The position numbers and the translations under genes are program-made. Under the pieces are notes generated by a model that worked only from the letters and a program-made list of their open reading frames with translations, had not been told where the DNA came from and did not search any database. From an uncultured delta proteobacterium (GTDB lineage: Bacteria; Myxococcota_A; Polyangia; Polyangiales; Polyangiaceae), in contig CAWDXG010000002.1 in assembly GCA_963806225.1 (NCBI GenBank), forward strand, positions 30,787 through 94,786: a stretch of DNA of 64,000 nt, in the 5' to 3' direction. This document shows positions 53,944 to 62,288 of the stretch, in pieces. The number at the start of each line of letters is the position of its first letter. Positions within the stretch are counted from its first letter, which is position 1.

Positions 53944-54912
53944 ATGACTTGGAACTACCTGAACAGGAACGTCGCCGAACCTTTCGAGATGGCACCGCAG
54001 CTCCGCCGGGTGCTCGGTGGATACGAACTCTCCCTCCACATCAAGCTACACGCGCTTGGCTGGCCGGGGTGGCAGCACGCGCCGCGGGTTGGATTCACGA
54101 TCTTCCCGACGATGTCCGAAGTGAAGATCGCCGCCGGTGCGTCTCGCCGCCCCGGATCGCTGGGCTACTTCCACGCCACACCGAATACTGCGTTCGATGT
54201 CATGTTGGATCCGAAGGACCAGCAGATCACGTACGTGGGTCAGCTTTCCGAGGCTGCGATGTACGAGCTAGAAGAACTGCGGCGCGGCGAGGTGTTCCAC
54301 ATCAACGCCGACATGTTCGCAGACGGCTACATCGGCCGGAACTACGTGGAGGACGGCACCTATGTTGGACCCGGCTACACCCAGAGCGGCGAAGCTACGT
54401 ACGTCGGGGCCAGCTACGTCGGGATGTCCATGACCAGCTTTTCGCACAAGATCGATCACGAGAATTGGCTACAGCAACTGCACGCGGTCGGCTACAGCGA
54501 CAACGTGCTGTTCGAAGTGCCGATGCCAAAGGGATCGTCCGACAAGAAGATGGCCGAAGCGGTAGCAAGGCTCAAAGAGGCACTTGCCGACCAACAGCAG
54601 GGCAAGGACGAAGAAGCGATCCGGAAATGCCGGATCGCACTCAACGCGGTGGAGCTGAGCGGCTACGGCGGCCGCAGGGACGACACCGTGGTCAACTTCA
54701 TCAAGCATCGGGCCAACTCGTTGAGCATGGCAGAACGCTTCGCGGCTGTCCGGACCGCATTGGAGCTGTACTTCAACCAGGCACACCACGCAGCCGGTGC
54801 TCATCCCCTCGACTATGGCCGGGTAGACTCGACGTTCGCCCTGGCAAGCGTCGCCTCTCTGCTCATGCTCGCGCCACGCCGCGGCAAGCCCGACCCAGAA
54901 GAAGACAAGTAA
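53944..54912 (+). CDS. Hypothetical protein with C-terminal HEPN-like helical domain
   Basis: EEAIRKCRIAL and R...FNQAHH pattern; beta-rich N-terminal region. Confidence 0.55.
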   Translation: MTWNYLNRNVAEPFEMAPQLRRVLGGYELSLHIKLHALGWPGWQHAPRVGFTIFPTMSEVKIAAGASRRPGSLGYFHATPNTAFDVMLDPKDQQITYVGQLSEAAMYELEELRRGEVFHINADMFADGYIGRNYVEDGTYVGPGYTQSGEATYVGASYVGMSMTSFSHKIDHENWLQQLHAVGYSDNVLFEVPMPKGSSDKKMAEAVARLKEALADQQQGKDEEAIRKCRIALNAVELSGYGGRRDDTVVNFIKHRANSLSMAERFAAVRTALELYFNQAHHAAGAHPLDYGRVDSTFALASVASLLMLAPRRGKPDPEEDK

Positions 54913-54949
54913 CCGGACGGCCCCGCCGACTGACAGGGGGAATCATCGA

Positions 54950-55660
54950 ATGCACGACAAGCTACGCGAGTTCTTCAACGAACGCTTTGACGAGCTCGCT
55001 TCCGCCTTGCGCAAGGCGAACATAGCAAGCTCCAGCACCAAGGGCGGAGCACGGGAGGAATCCCTCCGCCAGGCACTGAGCGAAACCCTCCCCCCTCTCA
55101 TGCGCCACTACTCGGGTGACATCATCGATGCCGGCGAACGTTCGACGGGGCAACTCGACGGCATCTTCGTTCACCAGGCGTTTCCGGCTCTCCTGCTCTC
55201 CAAGGACCACGCGATCGTTCCCGCCGAGGGCGTGGTTGCAGTTGTGGAATCGAAGTCGGACCTGTCGAAACAGTGGAAGGAGGTGCTTCGGACCTGGGAC
55301 AAGATTCGAGTGATTCGCAGAGCCCCGACGATGGTGAATTTCGGCTCGCAACCAATGCCTTCCGATTGGGCCATCCCCTTCATTGTGGTGGGCCTCACGG
55401 GCTGGAAATCGGAGCAAAGGATGACGCAAGCCGTCAGAGAACTGCAGCAGACCTTCGGGCAAGACTGCCCGCCGGTCTTCCTGTTGAACATCAAGCATCG
55501 GATCTATTCCGTCGGGGACCACACGGGCGCGCAAGGGGCCAAGCTGCCGAAGAAGAAACGAGGCCACATGCTCGCCAACGTTTGGATGTACCTGTCCGAG
55601 TCGCTTCGCAGCGTGGCACACCGGCCAATACCTTGGACTGAGTACCTGGTTCGCAAATAG
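54950..55660 (+). CDS. NucC/DUF6602-like PD-(D/E)xK nuclease
   Basis: KGGAREE..L...LP, GDIID, GQLDGIF, VPAEGVVAVVESKS. Confidence 0.75.
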   Translation: MHDKLREFFNERFDELASALRKANIASSSTKGGAREESLRQALSETLPPLMRHYSGDIIDAGERSTGQLDGIFVHQAFPALLLSKDHAIVPAEGVVAVVESKSDLSKQWKEVLRTWDKIRVIRRAPTMVNFGSQPMPSDWAIPFIVVGLTGWKSEQRMTQAVRELQQTFGQDCPPVFLLNIKHRIYSVGDHTGAQGAKLPKKKRGHMLANVWMYLSESLRSVAHRPIPWTEYLVRK

Positions 55661-55740
55661 AACTGCCGACGCACGGTGAGTCGCTGGCTACCCGGGAACT
55701 CGACCCCGCCGGACGGTTGCCTACTCTCGTGCACCATTCC

Positions 55741-56418
55741 CTATTCGACCATGTCCCGCACATCCTCTGACGGCGGCACGTACGGTCGGGGCTTGTCCGA
55801 AGCCGGCGGTAGATCCCCACCCTCGGCCAATCCATGCTTCACAGCCTCGAGGTCGTACTTGTAACGTGCGCACACGCTCCACCAATCTCGGAAGATGAAC
55901 GCCGTTACCACTCGTCCCCGAACACATTCGACGGCGTTCCCTGCACGCTGAAAGCAGCCAATGTGCTGGGCTACCACGGGGATTTCTTGGGGCAGGTCGA
56001 AATACCGATAGTACTCGTGTATTCGCGTCTTTCTGACCTTCTTGAGCACCTCCCGCCCCCGGTCGACGGGCGCTGTCCGCATCCAGCGCCTCAGCTCCCG
56101 ATGCATTAGGTTGAAGTAGTCCACGTCCACGATCCCAACGTCGACATCTGAATCGGGCCCCGGAGCCATCCAGAGCTTGTGGCCTTTCGGCGCGATGCTG
56201 AAGCCGATCTTTCCGCTCCCGCGCACACACACGTTCATCGGCGGGATGTACAACTCGTCTGCGACGAACGACAAGAACCGGTGGAAGTCATCATACGTAT
56301 CGAACAAGTGCGGCGTTCCCGGCAGCAACCACTGTGTTACCAGCGAGTCGCAGTCGGACAGCCCCTGCTCGACGTGCTTCGGCGACAGGAGCACGTGCCC
56401 CTCAGCATCGAAACGCAC
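55741..56418 (-). CDS. Pol-beta superfamily nucleotidyltransferase
   Basis: VCVRGSGKIGFS...DSDVDVGIVD (GS plus DxD); GTG start at 56418 or 56394. Confidence 0.8.
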   Translation of the reverse strand: MRFDAEGHVLLSPKHVEQGLSDCDSLVTQWLLPGTPHLFDTYDDFHRFLSFVADELYIPPMNVCVRGSGKIGFSIAPKGHKLWMAPGPDSDVDVGIVDVDYFNLMHRELRRWMRTAPVDRGREVLKKVRKTRIHEYYRYFDLPQEIPVVAQHIGCFQRAGNAVECVRGRVVTAFIFRDWWSVCARYKYDLEAVKHGLAEGGDLPPASDKPRPYVPPSEDVRDMVE

Positions 56419-56419
56419 G

Positions 56420-56917
56420 CTACGCCTCGGCCAGACGGACGACAACTGCCGGCGCGTGAAGCTGACCAGCCGCATCGAAGAGGTCCGGATTGAACTCCAA
56501 GCGAACATGGTGTGTGCACCTCGGGCAGCGATAGAGGCTAGCTTCCGCAACCTGCTCGTACGTTTGGCGTGGCACTTCCTGCTGACAGTTCGGACAAGGG
56601 GTGATGTCGCGGAAGCCGCAGTTCGTGCACACCGTTGGGAGCGGATCCCCAGGCCGATTTCCACAGTTCACGCATTCGTCGGCGTCAGTGTCATGCACCA
56701 GCTCCACTTTCGCCTGATCCGGGTCGACCGCGGCTCGAACCTGCTGGAAGTCGCCTCGCAACCGGAAGAAAAGGTGCCCATCCCGATCTCGATGGGCCCC
56801 CAGCGGTGCACCCTGAACGAGGCCGCTTTGCCAGAGCCCGTAACGCACCTTGCCGAGCCGACGTAGGTCGCCCGCCATGTCGTCCGTGCTCTCCACGTAG
56901 ACTTTGATCTGTGCCAT
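56420..56917 (-). CDS. Double zinc-ribbon protein
   Basis: CVNC, CTNC, CPNC, CPRC; stop abuts the NTase start. Confidence 0.75.
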   Translation of the reverse strand: MAQIKVYVESTDDMAGDLRRLGKVRYGLWQSGLVQGAPLGAHRDRDGHLFFRLRGDFQQVRAAVDPDQAKVELVHDTDADECVNCGNRPGDPLPTVCTNCGFRDITPCPNCQQEVPRQTYEQVAEASLYRCPRCTHHVRLEFNPDLFDAAGQLHAPAVVVRLAEA

Positions 56918-57189
56918 GAACGGCCTGCAATCGTACCAGGACATCAAGCGATCAGTCCATCGATGCGTGCCGCTTCGCTCCAAAAGCCGCGCCACCACGA
57001 AGGCGGCCCGAAACGCGGCAAGCACGCGAGCGTCGGACTGGGCGAGATGACCCGATCACTCGATCTGAAGGTCGCGACGAACTTCGCGAGTATTGCTTCG
57101 GGAGCGCTAGTAGCCCGACGGCCGCGAGGGCGAGTCGAGCGAACGAGCGAGCGATGCCCTCCAGTCACGGGCACCCGGTGGGCGCCAGT

Positions 57190-58937
57190 CTATGGCAACT
57201 CCTCTAGGAAGTACGACTCGTCCATCGCGTTGTCCGGCTCGAACGGACGCACGTCCATCCAGAGCCTGCCCGTCTCGCTCGTGACTGCGATGCGCAGCTT
57301 CTCGAGATCACCGTTGACCTGCTCGCACTGCTCCGCGTCGAGATAGAAGCGATGCTCGTCCAACCAGTTCCGTTCTCGATGCCAGTCCGAGTCGGCTTCG
57401 TCGGCGAGCTCATGAAGGCGCGCTACGTGCGCAGTCACGTCCGAGCGACGCAGTTGCAGTCGCAGTTCGGGAAGTGCGTTGACATGCCCATCCTCGGAGA
57501 CAACAAGCGCCACGGTATTCGGGTGCGCGGCCACGTAGCGTTTCGCCGAATTGAAACGTGCGCCACGCGCCGGATCGCCGTCCGGCACCGCCGTCCCATC
57601 GAGAATCACGCCTATCGCGTGGCAACGTCCGGCGGGATCGACGAGCACCGCGCCATCGATACTCGTGACTCGCCGGATCATGGTGTCCGAGAGGTCGACA
57701 GGATCCACCGGCGTGGATTGTGCAGCGAGGCGTTCGGCTTCGCTCCTGGCACGCTCCGAAACGACAAGCAGCGTGCCGTGCTTCTGCTCAAGCGCGCCGC
57801 GCACCAGCGCCCAGATGCGGTCGACGTTCAACTCGGGATTCTCAGGAAAGACTCGCCTGAGGAGGGTTCGAACTGCTTCTTCCGTGATGGGAACGGCCGG
57901 CACACGTGGCGCACCTATGACGTGCGCATCAGTAGCGTGCCATCGTGCCGCAGCTCCCACGTGAAGTGGCCGACGAACTCGACAACAAATGCATCCTCCT
58001 CAGACGGGTCATATGCATCACACAGGGTGCCCAGGCCATAGATGGTTGATCCGTCGCAAAGCAGGGCCACAGGGCTGGACCCCATCTGGAGGACTTTCCG
58101 GGCCCATCCCGCCTTTCGAATGGGGACGGGCCGCGCGAAACCGAGGTGCACGTGGACCGCGGGATGGTTCTTCCTCGCTACTACCATCCTGCCCCGTCCC
58201 TCGGTGCCTTCGTATCGCAGAGCGGAGATGTCGTTGCAGCCATCGAACAGCCCACCCGCCGTCATCAGCCCGGTCGCCAGGCCAGGCGTGTACATGAAGC
58301 TGCGGGCGGCCTCACGCAGGACATCGGCTGCCTCGCGCGAAAAGCTTTCGCTGGCAAAGCGACCAGGCTCGGGGAGTTTGAGCTCACGCACTGCATGCTC
58401 CAGCACCGCCTGAACGATCGCGTCGAGGTAGCTCGTCTGGATGCGGAATGATGCTCGCGAAGTTCGACGGAGAGCCGGGAGCCGTCGCACGCCGCGCGCC
58501 GGGAGTTGGAGAACAGGAACGACCGAGTACGTGCCGACGACAACTGCCCCGCCGACAAAGGACCGTACGTCCTGTTCACGATCGTACGACGACAGGCGCT
58601 CGCGGACCGCCTTGTGGATCGCTCGAGCGCTCACCCACTTCGGCTGATCTCGATTCGACGCCTCGTCGCCGTAGATCGTGTTCCGTTTCGGGTCCTCGGA
58701 CTGTAGAGCGCCAATTCGCCCCAAGATATCGTCGAACAGCTTGAGCGGTAGGGGCCCCCTTTCCGGCTCCACGCATACCGGAAAAGACTTGCCCTCGGGC
58801 TCTTGGACGCCCACGAGAAACGCTCGTGCGTCGAGATCCAGCCCCGCCTCGGCCAAGACCTTCTTGGCGAACACTTCAAGACTGATGCGAAATGCGTCCT
58901 GGTAGCCCCAGATGAAGTGGGTGATTTCGTGTGGCAT
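57190..58937 (-). CDS. Diadenylate cyclase (DisA_N/DAC) with large N-terminal sensor-type region; -1 frameshift at 57915/57916
   Basis: QKHGTLLVV, TSIDGAVLVD, RGARFNSA, VVSEDG; inserting one base gives MRTSYGAPRVP and joins the two ORFs. Confidence 0.85.
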
Positions 58938-59068
58938 GTCGATTGTCGATGGATGTCGCGACATCATATCACTGCCCGCGCCTACGGCGAAACCGGCGCA
59001 ACCGCGCGCGGATGCCCCGGGCGCCCGGAGACCGCTGCCTGGCATTGCGCGAAGCCGCTTGAGCCTGT

Positions 59069-59300
59069 TCGAAGCCGCCGAGTGATGCGCAGGAAAGGCC
59101 GCACGCGTCGCGCGGATGGTACGCGACGCCCTCGTCTCGCACGCGCAACTGCGCGGGCGACACTTCGAGGTCGCGGCGATAGGCAGCTACCGCAACAACA
59201 CGAACGTGCGATCAGCCAGCAACGTCGACCTCGCGGCGGTTCTGGAATCGGCGCAGCACACCGAGGTGCCAACTGGAGGCCTGCCGAATTGCCGAAGGCG
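59069..59300 (+). pseudogene. Decayed CD-NTase (CdnE-like, CBASS) N-terminal fragment
   Basis: SKPPSDAQE, frameshift, then KAARVARMVRDAL...IGSYRNNTNVRSASNVDL; first catalytic Asp is Asn; ends at the IS. Confidence 0.75.
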
Positions 59301-59601
59301 AGGCATCATCGGGGGGTGGCGTCCGGAATTCAAGCTGTTGCGCAGCGACCTGTGGCGACATTCCGCGCCGCGCGCCAGGTGGGCAGGGGTGACTCGCAGG
59401 TAGATCCCGGCGCGCGGTCCTGGCGCGGTGCGCGTGGTGCGAGAGCTGCAACGTGGACGCGAGCCAGAAGCGCTGCGGCGCTGCTCGCGGTCGCCACGCT
59501 CGCCGCGCCAGGTGTGCTTGTCGGTGCGGAGTGGCAGGCGCTGCCGGCACGGGCCACGCCCGGAGTGCAGTCCACGACGACTGCAGCGAAGGAGGACGAC
59601 C

Positions 59602-60648
59602 ATGGACAGGTACATCGGCATGGACGTGCACGCGGCAAGCTGCACGATCGCGGTAGTCGGGCCGAGCGGGCGGAAGCTCGGCTCGCAGGTGGTCGAGACG
59701 AACGGCCAGGCGCTGGTGGAAGCGATCCGGGCGATCCCGCAACCGCGGCATCTGTGCATGGAGGAGGGCACACAGAGTGCGTGGCTGTACGAGGTGCTAT
59801 CGCCGCACGTGCAGGAGCTGGTGGTGGCGGGCATCGCCGAAAGCCGCGGCCCGAAGAGCGATGCGCGCGATGCGTTCGGTCTGGCCGAGGCGCTGCGGAT
59901 CGGGGCGATCGCGACACCGGTGTTCAAGGCGCCAGGTCGCTTTGCGCTCTTGCGGGAGCTGGGCCGGACGTACTCGATGCTGGTGCGCGACGTGGTGCGG
60001 ACGCAGAACCGGCTGAAGAATCTGTACCGGTCGCGTGGCGTGGCGGTACCGGGCAAGACCGTCTACGGCGAGGCGCGGCGCGAGGAGTTCCTGACGAAGC
60101 TGCCCGTGCCCGCGCGCACGGCCGCGATCCTGCTCTACGCCGAGCTCGATGCGCTGCGGGAGCTGAAGCGCGAGGCGCACAAGCAGCTCGTGGCGGAGTC
60201 GCACCGCCACCCCATCAGCCATGTGCTCGAGACGTGTCCGGGCCTGGGCGAGATCCGCGTCGCGCAGCTGATCCCGGTGGTCGTCAGCCCGGAGCGCTTC
60301 CGCACGTCGCGACAGTTCTGGAGCTACTGTGGGCTGGGGATCGTGATGCGCTCCTCGAGCGACTGGGTGCGGGACGGCGATGGCTGGGTACGCTCGCAGG
60401 TGGCGAAGACCCGCGGCCTCAATCGACGCCACAACTCGACACTCAAGATGATCTTCAAGGGCGCCGCGACGACGATCGTGACGAGGCATCAGGACGAGCC
60501 GCTGCGCCAGGACTACCAGCGCCTGCTCGACCAAGGCACGAAACCGAACCTCGCCAAGCTGACGCTCGCCCGCAAGATCGCGGCGACGGCTCTGGCCATG
60601 TGGAAGCGCCAGGAGGTGTACGACCCGGATCGCTATCGCAAGCAGTAG
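59602..60648 (+). CDS. IS110 DEDD recombinase/transposase
   Basis: RBS GGAGGA; YIGMDVH, CMEE, KSDARDA, CPGLG, GLG...SSS, LARKIA. Confidence 0.93.
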   Translation: MDRYIGMDVHAASCTIAVVGPSGRKLGSQVVETNGQALVEAIRAIPQPRHLCMEEGTQSAWLYEVLSPHVQELVVAGIAESRGPKSDARDAFGLAEALRIGAIATPVFKAPGRFALLRELGRTYSMLVRDVVRTQNRLKNLYRSRGVAVPGKTVYGEARREEFLTKLPVPARTAAILLYAELDALRELKREAHKQLVAESHRHPISHVLETCPGLGEIRVAQLIPVVVSPERFRTSRQFWSYCGLGIVMRSSSDWVRDGDGWVRSQVAKTRGLNRRHNSTLKMIFKGAATTIVTRHQDEPLRQDYQRLLDQGTKPNLAKLTLARKIAATALAMWKRQEVYDPDRYRKQ

Positions 60649-60689
60649 CTCAGGCTCGCACGAGTGGACGAGATGTCGGTACGGCAAGC

Positions 60690-60900
60690 ATCGAACGTGA
60701 CGCCGCCGCCTGGTTCCCGTCGCGAGCAGGATTCGAGGGCGAGCATCCATGGTTTGCCTGGTCTGCGGCGACAGCCGCAAAGGCCCCTCGGCTGAGTACC
60801 GAACGAAGCAATGGCTCGATGAAGCCCAGATAGAAGGTTGGTTCCCGCTCCTCGCGGAAGAACAGCACTACTGCTTCGATGCAGACGGGACGACCGAGTC
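60690..60900 (+). ncRNA. Putative bridge/seek RNA of the IS (boundaries approximate)
   Basis: Segments match the left target flank (60734-60743), the reverse complement of the right flank (60750-60759) and the donor end (60830-60837). Confidence 0.75.
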
Positions 60901-61211
60901 GATCAGCACGGCGCCGATCGACGCTACGGACCGACGACCCATGGCCTGCGCCGCCGAGCTGCACGGCGCGGTCCGATCCGACGATCACGCGATCGAAGAC
61001 CATTCTCCGAGCTGGCAGCCGGACGCCCGACGTGAACACCACGTTGTCGGCGACAACGGAGAAGCGCGTGTTGACGTCTCCCCCCATAGAAGGCGAACCA
61101 ACCTGCATCCGCCGGAGCAAACGTGGTGGCGGCCAGCGGTGGAGCCGCGCCGGCGGTTGACAGGCCGGACAAGCCGAGGCAAGCTGGGTTCAGTTCATAA
61201 ATACTGGAAAT

Positions 61212-61239
61212 GGTTGACATAATTTCGCTTATGCGACGT
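61212..61239 (-). other. XerC/XerD dif-like recombination site
   Basis: ACGTCGCATAA-GCGAAA-TTATGTCAACC, 11-6-11 architecture. Confidence 0.75.
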
Positions 61240-61327
61240 CGGCCGCGAGCCTTGGTCGGGCTATGCTGCCGCGAGCGCAGCGAGCGCGAGCTCCCCCGTC
61301 GAGTAGAATCACGGGATCCAGCGAGTC

Positions 61328-61741
61328 TCAAGGAGTCGTCGACCAGGTGCCGCCGTTGCTCTCGCAATTCTGCTTCTGCGAGTCTGCCATGGCGCCTGCG
61401 TCCCCCGTGCTCCCGGCATCGCTCATGCTGTCCGCACCGTACATGCATGATTCCAGGCTGTAGCCGTTGGCGCTCTTCTGCGTGCAGCAGCCCACCAGGT
61501 TGTCGGTCGGGCAAGCGCTGCCGATTGTTTGCCCCTGCTGGATGCACTGGTCCTTGTAGGTTTTCTGATCGGACGCGGGCAAGGACTTGAATCCGGCGCA
61601 CGCGACCGTGACACCGTTGACAACGCCAGAGCAGAAGACCCCGGAGGAACCGCCGCCAGAGCTGGATCCGGAGCTCGAGCTGCATCCGGAGCAAGCGAGA
61701 GCGAACGCGAACGCGGCTACCATGGTGAGCTTCATCTTCAT
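61328..61741 (-). CDS. Cys-containing lipoprotein
   Basis: RBS AAAGGA; lipobox ALAC/SGC; CPT..LVGCC, C...GGTW. Confidence 0.8.
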   Translation of the reverse strand: MKMKLTMVAAFAFALACSGCSSSSGSSSGGGSSGVFCSGVVNGVTVACAGFKSLPASDQKTYKDQCIQQGQTIGSACPTDNLVGCCTQKSANGYSLESCMYGADSMSDAGSTGDAGAMADSQKQNCESNGGTWSTTP

Positions 61742-61853
61742 GGGGTTTCCTTTCTCTATCGGCCCAGCTTCGGCCCAGTATCGCCCGGAACGGAACTCGC
61801 AGCGCGGTTGCCCGATCTACGGACTCGCCCGGCGCTAATGATACACAGGCCTG

Positions 61854-62288
61854 CTAGCGGCACGCCTTCGGCGTAGCCGCGCCGAAGACCTTCCGGACGC
61901 GGGCGAGGACCTCCTCGTGCGAGAACTTCCCGCTGAAGCAGATGATGAAGGCTTTCTCCGACGGGAAGTCCTCGGGCCGGTGAACGCGACGAACGGCGGC
62001 GCAGCACGCCATATACTTGGCGTCGATGTTCTGTGAACGAGAGCTCGTGGCGCTCTTCTTCACGCCGGCTTCGGTCGAACCATCGCTGCGCGGGCCTCCT
62101 TCCGGCTGCGCCGGCCTCCCCACGGCCGCGTCACGTTCTCGCGCGTGCGACGGCGCGGCGTCGACGACTCCCGATGCCGCGGTCGACGGCGAACTGGAAG
62201 GCGCCCGCGTTCCCGACGACTTACAGGCCTGTGGCGCCGCGGCCGACAGCATCGCGACGCCGAATGCGAAGAGCCGCGGCACCCTCAA
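61854..62288 (-). CDS. Putative lipoprotein
   Basis: TTG start overlapping the upstream TGA; hydrophobic leader ending PQAC. Confidence 0.5.
   Translation of the reverse strand: MRVPRLFAFGVAMLSAAAPQACKSSGTRAPSSSPSTAASGVVDAAPSHARERDAAVGRPAQPEGGPRSDGSTEAGVKKSATSSRSQNIDAKYMACCAAVRRVHRPEDFPSEKAFIICFSGKFSHEEVLARVRKVFGAATPKACR

Larger units (their letters stand above)
59301..61094 (+). mobile_element. IS110 family element, IS1111 type
   Basis: AGGC repeated at 59301-59304 and 61091-61094; sub-terminal imperfect IRs at 59309-59323 and 61073-61087; long 3' non-coding end. Confidence 0.85.

Noticed and set aside
57125..57134. Exact match to the left target guide (CGAGGGCGAG) as a second IS target
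   Set aside because: The right half does not match, and near-identical 9-mers occur in core genes, so it is probably chance
54913..59060. Integron attC cassette array in the island
   Set aside because: No convincing RYYYAAC...GTTRRRY sites between genes, mixed gene orientation and no integrase in the window
59294..61096. 8-bp direct repeat GAAGGCGA as a target-site duplication
   Set aside because: IS110 elements do not make classical TSDs; the AG(GC) core fits the IR spacing, the 17-bp promoter spacing and the guide matches better
61175..61210. LexA box near the dif-like site
   Set aside because: Matches neither CTGT-N8-ACAG nor the Myxococcus-type consensus beyond GTTCAG
60749..61222. 157-aa ORF after the transposase
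   Set aside because: It crosses the IS end and overlaps the guide-bearing non-coding region, with no recognisable motif
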